Shown: positions 37,051-46,451 of the stretch, piece by piece
Position numbering within the stretch: the first letter of the stretch is position 1
Layout: each line of letters begins with the position of its first letter
Source of the DNA: a virus
Virus record (IMG/VR): IMGVR_UViG_3300028454_000036
Length of the DNA stretch: 64,000 nucleotides
Strand: one strand, 5' to 3'
The notes under the pieces: model-generated
What the model was told of the DNA's origin: nothing
The model's input: the letters and a program-made list of their open reading frames with translations, nothing else
Databases searched by the model: none
Translations under genes and position numbers: made by a program

Positions 37051-39546
37051 ATGGGACAGCTAATGCAAGGCGGCGCGCACATATCAGAAAACGGAACGAT
37101 ATACGGTAACCCAGGAGACACTACAGGAAAAGAGGTATCAGTAGCTCCTTTCTCTGCATCTGGGTGGTCATGTATACTGCGCCCTACTAACCCATCACAC
37201 GCAGCTGGTATGGCTAGCGCGATGATAAACGCATGTAACAACGATAACATCGGATACTCACAGAATACCGGAAGCGGTCCGGAAAGCCGTACTGCTGTTA
37301 TCACATACGGAATCAACGCAAGCTTCCCGATAAACTGCGACTGCTCATCACTTGTGAGGGCATGTGTAATTGCAGGATGTGGAGTGGATCCAGGAAACTT
37401 CGCTACATCTACTGAGATAAACGCACTTCTAAACACAGGCTTGTTTGTAAAGACAGACTTGTCGAATCCATTCAACGGAGATGTGTTATGGAGAAGCGGA
37501 CATACAGAGATTGTAGTATCAGGTAACCCTCGTGCAGGAGCTGACAATGAAGTAACAGCTAGTATCGGTTCCGGAGCTAGTATCATCGCTGATATCGGTG
37601 AGTCTGCTTTACAGATGATTCCAGGAAACAGATACAGCGCAGTTGATGGTACATACAGACCTCGACTTGAAGCTCCTACGGTAGTGAACATAACACAACT
37701 CATTGAGGATCTGAAAAAGCAGAAAGAAGAGAAGAATAAGAAGAATAAGAAGAAGAAAAAGAAGAATGCGAGCACTGACCCTACTCCGGAAGAGCTCAGA
37801 GAGATAGAAGAAAAGACAGACCTGTGGTTCACTCCTACAGAATGGGGTGGTAAATCTCCATTCAGCTATCCACCGCTTACAAATGAATCATACGCATGGG
37901 GAAGATTCTCAGAGATAATGAATGACTATTCTCTCACTACACAGGGAAGTGCACATACTGTGTATCGAACATCGGAAGATGGATATGTCAGGAACATGGC
38001 TCCAATGCTAGGTGCAATCATGTGCTTCTACGGAGGCAAGAAACATTCACATAAAGGATTCGTCTGCGTAGTTGAGTCACTAGATGCTAACGGAACCCTG
38101 ACAACATCGGAAGTCAAGAATGGCGTGTTCCAAACAACAGTCCGCACAAAGCGATATGGATCTTGGGACGACAAAGAAGAGGGATTAGTGTTCCAGGGAT
38201 TCATACAGAACCCTATGTGCCAAGGTGCAATAGACGAAAGCGCACTTGAGACCTTCTTACGCATAGCAGAGGAACACGTAGGAGAAGGTCCACAGTGGGC
38301 ATGTAACAAGATGAACATACAGACTAATGGCGGGTGGTCTGCTGCATTTGTAGCAGCATGCTCATCGGAAGCCGGATCATCGCTGAATATTGTCATTCCA
38401 GATACAGCTAGCTGCACAAGCATCGGTCGAATCGGAGTGTTACGACACATGGGTGAATGGTTACCGAGTAACGCACAAGGCAAGTATGCTATTCCGGAGG
38501 TAGGCGATATCGTCCTCTTCCGAAGACAGAAGTATTCAGATAAAGTAGAAACATATGTAGCCGATGGTGCAGGTATCGTCACACAGGTGAATAATCAGAC
38601 AATCACTGTCATTGAAGGGGATGTGCAATCTAAGAAAGTAATCCAGACTACATACAGCAAACACGCTAACGTGATAAGCGCATACTATCGTCCTAACTGG
38701 GAACAGATTGATGGAACAACAGAGTCTGTGATACAGTATAGAACAATACAGGGTCTATATACGGAAGGTGTACGCGAAGAGGATGCAGCAGCCAGAGAAA
38801 TAGGATATCTCACACAGGCGATGAAACCTTCTATATCACAAACCGGAATAAAGCTAACTGCCATAAACTATACAGGTCTCTTACAGAATATGTATTCTGT
38901 ATTCGGAGCACAGCTTAGCACGTCAGACCAATCAGATGCAGAGCTGATAGTAGACTTCTGGACAAATACCGTAAAGGGATACTATCAACAAGAGCTACTC
39001 GGAGGCGGTCTAGATATGACTCAGCTGATGGGCGGAGGCTCACTTGCAGGCGGATTAGGGGATCTCATAGCAGGAGGAGCTCCGGCAGTTGTTGCTTCTG
39101 TAAATGTAACACAGAACATGTTGAATTCATACACATTCCTGAAGTCCAAGGGGTTATCGAATGCAGGAGCAGTAGCAATACTAGCGAATATTCAACGTGA
39201 GTCAGGATTCAACACAGCTGCAATTGGTGATCATGGAACTTCCGGAGGTCTATGTCAGTGGCACGATACACAACCTAATGCAGGAAGATTCACTAACATG
39301 AAGAACTTCTGCGGAGCACAATGGGCTAACAACCTGAGCGGTCAGTTAAACTTCTTGATACATGAGCTACAGACGGGATACAAGTCAGTGTGGTCGTACC
39401 TGATGTCAGTTCCTAACTCATTAGCTGGAGCCAAATCAGGAGCAGATTACTTCGTGCGAGTATTCGAGGTACCTGCAGATGTAGATAACGAATCAAAGAC
39501 ACGTCAAGATTACGCAGTAGACATTTGGAACAAGGTGGCAAGTTAA
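37051..39546 (+). CDS. multi-domain tail/baseplate lysin: NlpC/P60-like + two CHAP-like + phage tail lysozyme
   Basis: IGYSQ..DCSSLV..GHT; YAWGRF..VVE; WSAAFV..GDIVLF..GIV..IEG; ILANIQRESGFN..GLCQW..FE.P. Confidence 0.8.
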   Translation: MGQLMQGGAHISENGTIYGNPGDTTGKEVSVAPFSASGWSCILRPTNPSHAAGMASAMINACNNDNIGYSQNTGSGPESRTAVITYGINASFPINCDCSSLVRACVIAGCGVDPGNFATSTEINALLNTGLFVKTDLSNPFNGDVLWRSGHTEIVVSGNPRAGADNEVTASIGSGASIIADIGESALQMIPGNRYSAVDGTYRPRLEAPTVVNITQLIEDLKKQKEEKNKKNKKKKKKNASTDPTPEELREIEEKTDLWFTPTEWGGKSPFSYPPLTNESYAWGRFSEIMNDYSLTTQGSAHTVYRTSEDGYVRNMAPMLGAIMCFYGGKKHSHKGFVCVVESLDANGTLTTSEVKNGVFQTTVRTKRYGSWDDKEEGLVFQGFIQNPMCQGAIDESALETFLRIAEEHVGEGPQWACNKMNIQTNGGWSAAFVAACSSEAGSSLNIVIPDTASCTSIGRIGVLRHMGEWLPSNAQGKYAIPEVGDIVLFRRQKYSDKVETYVADGAGIVTQVNNQTITVIEGDVQSKKVIQTTYSKHANVISAYYRPNWEQIDGTTESVIQYRTIQGLYTEGVREEDAAAREIGYLTQAMKPSISQTGIKLTAINYTGLLQNMYSVFGAQLSTSDQSDAELIVDFWTNTVKGYYQQELLGGGLDMTQLMGGGSLAGGLGDLIAGGAPAVVASVNVTQNMLNSYTFLKSKGLSNAGAVAILANIQRESGFNTAAIGDHGTSGGLCQWHDTQPNAGRFTNMKNFCGAQWANNLSGQLNFLIHELQTGYKSVWSYLMSVPNSLAGAKSGADYFVRVFEVPADVDNESKTRQDYAVDIWNKVAS

Positions 39547-39547
39547 C

Positions 39548-39838
39548 ATGATAATATACGGATATGTGAAAGCACAACAGTATACAAACGACGGTACGAT
39601 GCAGCTGAAGGTACGCATTCCGTCTATCCATGGCCCATTCAAGCAAACAGCGAATACCCGACAGGGATATACACGTGACGATGATCTCCCGTGGTATAGC
39701 TCATTGCTGCTCCCACATCTACCGAATGAGGGTGAGGTTGTAGCACTTGAGTCAGTAAACGGAACTAACAGTAGCGATTATATCGTCATCGGGTTAACTG
39801 GCGGTAACTACTATACAGGAACAATACTATCGAGTTAG
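39548..39838 (+). CDS. baseplate spike OB-fold protein (gp5/V-like N-domain)
   Basis: LKVRIPSIHG..LPW..LP..GEVV..VIG. Confidence 0.7.
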   Translation: MIIYGYVKAQQYTNDGTMQLKVRIPSIHGPFKQTANTRQGYTRDDDLPWYSSLLLPHLPNEGEVVALESVNGTNSSDYIVIGLTGGNYYTGTILSS

Positions 39839-39849
39839 GAGGCAAGTAG

Positions 39850-40236
39850 ATGAATACATGTTCAATCAACTTTCCGAGCATGTTTGATGTAGCTCGAAAT
39901 CGAACAGGTGTAGCTACTGATTCTGCATCAATTGTAAGTAGAGTCAAGCTACTACTAACAACGGAACCGACTGAGCTATACATGAATCCCACATACGGAG
40001 TAGGCCTGAAACGATATCTGTTTCAGTATAACAACGACAATATCATCGCAGAGATGCGTGATAGAATAGTCGAGCAGCTTCGCATATGGGAACCTTGCGT
40101 GGATCCAGACAAGACGACGCTTACACGCGGCTTAGATTACACAGGAGAAGGAAACGAATTGCAGACAGGCAACGTGCTAAATCTAACACTTACTGTCTAT
40201 TCCATATATGGCGAAGCATTAGAGATCAATCTATAA
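39850..40236 (+). CDS. baseplate wedge gp25/W-like protein
   Basis: LLLTT.P.E..MNP.YG.GL..YLF..WEP. Confidence 0.85.
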   Translation: MNTCSINFPSMFDVARNRTGVATDSASIVSRVKLLLTTEPTELYMNPTYGVGLKRYLFQYNNDNIIAEMRDRIVEQLRIWEPCVDPDKTTLTRGLDYTGEGNELQTGNVLNLTLTVYSIYGEALEINL

Positions 40237-40251
40237 GGCATGGAGGACAAT

Positions 40252-42141
40252 ATGAGCGAAACACAGAAAGGAATAGTGAAGTATTCTAGTAGAGATTACG
40301 AATCTATCATGAAAGACTTCTGGGAAGTCGTTCCGACACTCACTGAGCTGTGGAAGCCGGAAGCGGAATCAGACCCAGGAGTAGTATTAGGTAAGTTCCT
40401 AGCTAGCTGCAGCGATATGCTGTCAATCAACTTAGACTTACTCATCAATGAGCTGTATGCACCTACTGTATCACAGAGAAAGAATGCAGAGAAGATCTTC
40501 GCACTCATCGGATATGACTTGGGATTCTATCGTGCAGCTACAACAGAAGTAACAATAACAAACACAACAGACAGCTCACTTACTCTTGATTTAGGATTCA
40601 ACGGATCTAATTTCTGTACGTTGAATGCATACACTGATATCACTAATCAGGACCGAGTAATCACTTACAACATACTTCCGATGACATCTAGTTACGGCGC
40701 AGCTAGCAGCCGGAGCACTCGACAGACAGTAGCCCCCGACTTAGATGTATTCTCAGGAAACGACATAGTGACGTTGAAGCCAGGACAGTCATGTACAAGA
40801 GTAGCTGTAGAAGGCGAGTTGAGATCCTTCACAGTTCCAGTTGCAGACGTGAAAGCAAACAACTGTATCATCACACTTCCGTCACAACATGTTGACACAA
40901 CACGTGTTTGGCTGAAAGCTAAGTCATCACTATCATCTGATGATTACTTAGATACACAGTGGATCCAGGTTCCGTCATCAATTGACTTCATGACACCTGA
41001 GCCCAGATTCTGTGTCATGTACGATAACTACTCTAACGCACAGATAGCTATCAGTAACTATCTGAATCAGTTAGAGAACTACGAGAATAACTACTTCATC
41101 GTCTACTGGATAGATTGCTCAGGCGTTATCGGATGTGTCGGCGAAGATGTATTGACGAACCTCCTGTTTGCGAAGTCAAACGACGTCACATTCGAGTCAG
41201 GCGATATAACAGTTTCTAACCTCGCAAATACCGTTGAATTACCTAACACCTATACAGTTACGGGTGCTAGTCCAGAAACGGCGCATGAGGCATATATCAA
41301 TAGTAGAAACTATATCAACACTTGGGACAGCTTAATCACACTTCCAGATTACAATCGCTTCCTCAACAGAGAAGCAGGACTTGATTGTGGACTAGTAGTA
41401 GATTGCCAGAAGGTACTTGAATACAACTTGTCAGTATACAATGATGAGACTCTCACAGAGAGCCAGAAGAAGAAAAAGTATATCACCAATTACGACTTCC
41501 CTGCAGGAAATGAATCCTTCGACTGGAGCGCTGCATTGTCATTGGGATTTGACCCATCAGATCCACAGAAGTTTGTATTCGCATCTAACTTCAAGACATA
41601 CACAGCAATGTGCTTCGCAATTCATAATGATTTCAAGAATAGCTCATTCGGAGCTGGCCAGGTAAGTAAGGCAGAGGTTAGAAAAGAAACTAACTTCACT
41701 AGATATAAGCCACCGGAAAAGTTTATCACATCTGTTGAGAGAGACTTCGAGCCGCTGCAGTCAATGGCTGTATCGCTTGACTTCGGGTTCACACGTGTAT
41801 TCAACTTCTTCGTTGTAGGTCAGCTGTATCTTAAGTCCCCTGTAAGCGCAGAAGTAGGAAAGCAGATTATCGCAGAAGTCAAAGAGGCACTTGCAATCTT
41901 CTTCGCTCCTGCAAACAGATCATATGGTCAGTATCCTACAGTCCCTGAGGTCCTCAAGGTAGTAACAGGCGCAGACGACAACATCGCATTCTTCGATGGA
42001 GGTAGCGCAGTTACTTCTGTAATCACCTGGGATGATTGCGACGTAGAGTATTTCAATATGCTCAGCTTCGCACGATACTTAGAGCCTACTGACTTAGCAA
42101 GCGATCCTATCCGAATCGCATCTGACTCACTAATCAAGTAA
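40252..42141 (+). CDS. baseplate wedge gp6/J-like protein
   Basis: YSSRDYESI..SDPG..; LIT..DY; follows the gp25-like gene. Confidence 0.75.
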   Translation: MSETQKGIVKYSSRDYESIMKDFWEVVPTLTELWKPEAESDPGVVLGKFLASCSDMLSINLDLLINELYAPTVSQRKNAEKIFALIGYDLGFYRAATTEVTITNTTDSSLTLDLGFNGSNFCTLNAYTDITNQDRVITYNILPMTSSYGAASSRSTRQTVAPDLDVFSGNDIVTLKPGQSCTRVAVEGELRSFTVPVADVKANNCIITLPSQHVDTTRVWLKAKSSLSSDDYLDTQWIQVPSSIDFMTPEPRFCVMYDNYSNAQIAISNYLNQLENYENNYFIVYWIDCSGVIGCVGEDVLTNLLFAKSNDVTFESGDITVSNLANTVELPNTYTVTGASPETAHEAYINSRNYINTWDSLITLPDYNRFLNREAGLDCGLVVDCQKVLEYNLSVYNDETLTESQKKKKYITNYDFPAGNESFDWSAALSLGFDPSDPQKFVFASNFKTYTAMCFAIHNDFKNSSFGAGQVSKAEVRKETNFTRYKPPEKFITSVERDFEPLQSMAVSLDFGFTRVFNFFVVGQLYLKSPVSAEVGKQIIAEVKEALAIFFAPANRSYGQYPTVPEVLKVVTGADDNIAFFDGGSAVTSVITWDDCDVEYFNMLSFARYLEPTDLASDPIRIASDSLIK

Positions 42142-42152
42142 GGAGGGCGCAG

Positions 42153-43271
42153 ATGAATTTCACAGACATCGCTGTTCCTGAAGCCTACAAAGAGAGCTCC
42201 GACTTCCGCTTCTTTCTGAAGTGGTTCGGCGAATGCCTCACAAAGGTACAGGACGAAACAGAAAACATGATAGATATGCTAGATCCACTTCGGTGCCCTA
42301 GACAGCTACTCTGGCTGCTGGGGTCTACTGTTGGATTCAAGTATGATGATAGATTAACAGCTGCATTCAACAGATTAGTGATACTTCACTTTGCATCACT
42401 CATTCGGAACCGTGGATCCAGAACCGGAGTTACTCTCGGTGCACAGATTAACATGGCGCAATTCAGCTTACTCAACTACGCACAGGAAGAGCCTATCATG
42501 GAAGATAGACTTGAAGATACTTCTGTTCCTATCAACAGCACATACGTTGCAGCTAATCATGACAAGGGATACATCGACATTGTATATTACTCAGATAAGA
42601 TACCAACCGATGCTTGCTTAGAGTATGTTAGACCGATAGGCATGTATTGCTTCACTCACGCAGGTGTTAGATTAGATTCCAAGACACGCATCTCAGTAGA
42701 TGCTCGACTTACTGATCAGAATAACATCGCAATGGATATCGGACCTACACGTGTTGGCCACTATCGCAGATACGACTTCGCATCAATGCAGCAAATGGTT
42801 GATAACGAAGGCAATCCATACGTCGCACCTAGAAAAGGAAGACCATGGTTCCGCAATTCAAAAGCAGAAGGTGAGCCTACTACACTCATCGATCCAGGAT
42901 ATAGATCATTGTATTCCTTACAGCTGTGCAACAATGAGCATATCGTTCGGTCTATTTTGCCAGAGGAGATATTCACACAGGGATATGGTCCGCAGGATGT
43001 TACAGTTGAATACCCAGAGGGATACTCTAAGATACCTGAATATCCTCAGTATAATCTACGATACGATCTGAAGTCAGAAGAAGACTTGAATCAGGATGTA
43101 TCAACAATCGACTTAGATAGATCAAAGGGACTGATGAATCCACGGCCTGCATTAGGGCCTGCAATGGCTTGCTTCGGCGATGCAATTCAAATGAGTCCAA
43201 ATAACACTAAATTCACTAAGGTAGATGAATCCGGACACGTCAGTGTTGTAGACGTCCATCCAGATGAGTAA
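42153..43271 (+). CDS. baseplate/tail protein I-like
   Basis: DP..CP..LLWLL...VG..RNRGS..G pattern; follows the J-like gene. Confidence 0.6.
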   Translation: MNFTDIAVPEAYKESSDFRFFLKWFGECLTKVQDETENMIDMLDPLRCPRQLLWLLGSTVGFKYDDRLTAAFNRLVILHFASLIRNRGSRTGVTLGAQINMAQFSLLNYAQEEPIMEDRLEDTSVPINSTYVAANHDKGYIDIVYYSDKIPTDACLEYVRPIGMYCFTHAGVRLDSKTRISVDARLTDQNNIAMDIGPTRVGHYRRYDFASMQQMVDNEGNPYVAPRKGRPWFRNSKAEGEPTTLIDPGYRSLYSLQLCNNEHIVRSILPEEIFTQGYGPQDVTVEYPEGYSKIPEYPQYNLRYDLKSEEDLNQDVSTIDLDRSKGLMNPRPALGPAMACFGDAIQMSPNNTKFTKVDESGHVSVVDVHPDE

Positions 43272-43274
43272 TCA

Positions 43275-43284
43275 ACCTTCAATA
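43275..43284 (+). promoter_or_regulatory. ACCTT-CAA-TA motif
   Basis: CAACCTTCAATATCA is identical to the copy at about 17808. Confidence 0.6.
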
Positions 43285-43304
43285 TCAGTGAGAGGTTATG
43301 AACT

Positions 43305-43544
43305 ATGGATAATTTCCCAAAGACAGCACAAGGAGTAGCAACTCCTGCAACAGAAGAAGATATAGCGTTAGACGAGTTCGGATACACACATCCAGACTTG
43401 CATAGACGTATAGATCCAACCGCAGGAGAAGGACAGGTAGCCGATAGACGCTACACTATCGGAGTATATGACGGAATACATTCTACTAGGACAGTAGAAG
43501 AATTCTATCATGATGAGGAATCAACTACTTGCGAAATACCGTAG
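43305..43544 (+). CDS. hypothetical protein
   Basis: GAGG RBS. Confidence 0.65.
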   Translation: MDNFPKTAQGVATPATEEDIALDEFGYTHPDLHRRIDPTAGEGQVADRRYTIGVYDGIHSTRTVEEFYHDEESTTCEIP

Positions 43545-43554
43545 GAGAGACAAT

Positions 43555-44427
43555 ATGGCAACAGGCATTTTAGAATTAGCAAAAAGTCTCGGAGTAACAC
43601 AGAATGTTTCTATTCGAGTTATAGATGAGCCTACTGGAAAGCTAGTATCTGAGCACGTAGGCCACAACGCAGCGACTAACACGCTGCTCATGGGCATCGG
43701 ATATTATCTGCTAGGCAACACAACAGCAGTCCGTGACACACGTAACTTCCTGCCTACACACATCTCACTCGGTACGATGGGGTTGTCTAGCCAGGACGAA
43801 GATGAGAATGGATTGCCGACAGGCGTAGGTACCATTGAAGGCACAGAAGAAGAAAGATTCATCGACTACTTGTCAAAAGTACCAGGATTCGGCTCCGATG
43901 GCTATTCTGATTACTACATCAATAGCAGAGAATACTTTGGACTCGGTCCTATGTTTCAGGACAGAGCATCTGAGCATACAATCGGATGCGAGCTTATCTC
44001 ATCATCATTCCCGAGAGGTAAGATCACACACAGAGAGATGATACCAGAGTATCAATCCGAGCATCCGAAGACAATCGACATTGTATACAGTGCGATGATA
44101 TCTACAGGAGCTCTTGCGCAATTCAGAGAGCTTGGAATGGATCACATCTTCATCAGTGAAGTAGGTTTGTGGAACACAGCTACTTACTATCCAGAAGGAG
44201 ACAACGGATTGCTTGCAGGCTATCGCATATCTCCTACATCAGAAGAGAGTTGGGACATGTCGAAGCCAGAGAATCGCGACTTGCTTAAGCGACAGATTAT
44301 TCGTGTAGGCATCAATCAAGTTGTACAGGTTATCTGGAAGATCCAGTTAGGTGCTATCGACCAGCTAGGCGGCATCAATGCAATTTACCCTACAGAAGGA
44401 TACATGCAGTGGCATGTTGAAATATAG
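43555..44427 (+). CDS. virion structural protein (tail/baseplate-associated)
   Basis: HNAATN..ISLGT..ISEVGL..WKI pattern of tail-base proteins. Confidence 0.55.
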   Translation: MATGILELAKSLGVTQNVSIRVIDEPTGKLVSEHVGHNAATNTLLMGIGYYLLGNTTAVRDTRNFLPTHISLGTMGLSSQDEDENGLPTGVGTIEGTEEERFIDYLSKVPGFGSDGYSDYYINSREYFGLGPMFQDRASEHTIGCELISSSFPRGKITHREMIPEYQSEHPKTIDIVYSAMISTGALAQFRELGMDHIFISEVGLWNTATYYPEGDNGLLAGYRISPTSEESWDMSKPENRDLLKRQIIRVGINQVVQVIWKIQLGAIDQLGGINAIYPTEGYMQWHVEI

Positions 44428-44442
44428 AAAGGAGACGTTTCA

Positions 44443-44655
44443 ATGCGAAAAGTTATCAAACCATCATCTAGAAAAGTAACTGCAAGCACAGAGAAAGGAG
44501 CTCGATTAGCTCGCAAGTTAACATCTGATTTGCAGACAGTGTATAATGACCTAGAGGACCTCTATCGTGAAGACGAATCATTGTACGATGATTTGGATCT
44601 ATCTTCACTGGATGATGAGGTAGGAGCAGCTCTCATGTTTATCAAGAGCAGATAA
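44443..44655 (+). CDS. leader-family protein (MRKVIKPSSRKVTAS)
   Basis: leader motif, located in the head gene cluster. Confidence 0.75.
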   Translation: MRKVIKPSSRKVTASTEKGARLARKLTSDLQTVYNDLEDLYREDESLYDDLDLSSLDDEVGAALMFIKSR

Positions 44656-44667
44656 GGAGCAAACGAT

Positions 44668-45027
44668 ATGGAAGATCAATTGTTATTCACTCCAGCGGCC
44701 CTTCTCTCATTCCTATTAGAGATAGAAGAGTTACAAGGTAAGTCAATTGAATTGAGCGAAACCGAAGAGGGAGTTGTAGTGTCTATCGACGACGCACAGT
44801 ATACTATATTGCCTGACACTGCTGTAGAGGTAGAAGTAGATGATGAAGTACTCGATGCTGTCGAAGATGCAGCTATGGAAGGGTACACATCACTCCGTGA
44901 AGATGATTCCATTGACGTAGATATCGATAATCAACCTGTAGAGGGTGGAATTATAAAGGAGCTGATTAAGACGTTAGCAGTAGGTGGACTTGTAAGAATG
45001 ACTACTAACGCGCTTAAGAATAGCTAG
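44668..45027 (+). CDS. acidic hypothetical head-cluster protein
   Basis: AAGGAG RBS; directly before the protease. Confidence 0.7.
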   Translation: MEDQLLFTPAALLSFLLEIEELQGKSIELSETEEGVVVSIDDAQYTILPDTAVEVEVDDEVLDAVEDAAMEGYTSLREDDSIDVDIDNQPVEGGIIKELIKTLAVGGLVRMTTNALKNS

Positions 45028-45043
45028 AGAGGAGATATAAACA

Positions 45044-46420
45044 ATGGCAAATAAATCTGTTATCGGACAGTTTCAGGGCAAGTGTTGTGACGCAAGTGTA
45101 ACAAACAACAATGATATGCGCCTAGGCCGACAGCTGTTCGAAAAACTATTCGCCTCTGACGAATATAAGAATGCAATCGAGTATCGACACTACATCGGAT
45201 TCCTGGGCCATCCTGAGGATCCAGGTTGCCAAGATTATGAGCATGCGTGCATCACAATGACGGAGTGCCATCTTGAAGACAACGATGATGTAGTTGGTAC
45301 TTTCGACTTACTTGATACTCCTGTAGGACGTATCGTCAAGACGATGCAAGATGCAGGAATCCGGTTAGGTATCTCTATCAGAGGTGCAGGAGACGTATCA
45401 GGAGACGGAGAAGTAGATCCAGATACATTCGTATTCAGAGGATTCGACTTAGTCACATTCCCGGCATACGAAGATTGCATTCCTGAATTCAGAGAGATTG
45501 CTGCTTCCACAGATACGAAGAAGCAAGCTAAATTCAAGAAGGTATGCGCATCTATCAACGCAGAGCTTAAGAATATTACAAGCTGCGAAGCCCTCGCAGT
45601 TATTCAGGAACAGTTCGATGAAGGCTCTGATGAGTTTGCAACCATTCAGGACCGTATCAACGAGCTGAAAGAGAATGCAGATATGGGAAACGAAGAACCA
45701 GAAGTGGATCCAGAAGTAATCGACTTCATGCAGAAGAAGATTGATGGATTAACAGATATGTACCTCCAGGAGCATCAGAAAGCAACAGAGTTCCAGAACG
45801 CACTTATCGATGAGCAGTGCAAATCTGATGCACTTCGTGTTGAATGCTCTAGAAAGCTACGTGCATACAAGCGCATCGCTACTACACAGATGCATGATTT
45901 CGAGGAATCAATCACAGCGTCTAACAATGACCTGAAGAGTCAGATCGCTGCATTGAAGAAGACGTCAGTGAAAGCCTCAACCGACATGGAAAAGGCTAAC
46001 CTTACATATGAACATAAGATCGAAGCCAATAAGAAGATAATCGCATCTAAGGATGCTCGAATCAAGGAGCTAGAAAGCAAGTTAGATGAAACTGTCACCG
46101 AAACAAGCAAGTTAAATTCTAGCCTAGTAACTGCTAACTCCAAGCTAGCCGAGTTGCAGCAACGAATTGATGCAGCCGAAGACATTATCTTATCTTATCA
46201 GGAGGCGTATGCTAATATGTATGCAAACGCACTTGGCGTAAGTCTTCGAGATATCCCAGTAACTGCTACCACCTCGGTCAAGGAGCTGAAGGATATCATA
46301 TCCGCAGGAACATCTACTGCTAATATCGCACCTCGCGTTAGCACTTCTCTCGATGAGGTCGATGACCTTGATGAGGAGTTCGTAGATGATGAATACACCG
46401 CGGACCTAATAACCCTGTAA
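45044..46420 (+). CDS. prohead protease (T4 gp21-like) fused to a coiled-coil scaffold
   Basis: LGHP, LLDTP.G, GISIRGAG, FDLVTFP; C-terminal heptad repeats. Confidence 0.88.
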   Translation: MANKSVIGQFQGKCCDASVTNNNDMRLGRQLFEKLFASDEYKNAIEYRHYIGFLGHPEDPGCQDYEHACITMTECHLEDNDDVVGTFDLLDTPVGRIVKTMQDAGIRLGISIRGAGDVSGDGEVDPDTFVFRGFDLVTFPAYEDCIPEFREIAASTDTKKQAKFKKVCASINAELKNITSCEALAVIQEQFDEGSDEFATIQDRINELKENADMGNEEPEVDPEVIDFMQKKIDGLTDMYLQEHQKATEFQNALIDEQCKSDALRVECSRKLRAYKRIATTQMHDFEESITASNNDLKSQIAALKKTSVKASTDMEKANLTYEHKIEANKKIIASKDARIKELESKLDETVTETSKLNSSLVTANSKLAELQQRIDAAEDIILSYQEAYANMYANALGVSLRDIPVTATTSVKELKDIISAGTSTANIAPRVSTSLDEVDDLDEEFVDDEYTADLITL

Positions 46421-46451
46421 ACAAAATTTTCAATTATAAGGAGTAAAGATT

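Noticed and set aside
37029..37832. Long minus-strand ORFs (e.g. 37029-37832, 25929-26531, 38028-38582)
   Set aside because: They are antisense shadows of well-supported + strand genes, with no RBS and no recognisable motifs.
45999..46008. ACCTT-ACA-TA as an internal MCP promoter
   Set aside because: It deviates from the NWA consensus, is intragenic, and a similar copy lies inside 18266; compatible with chance.
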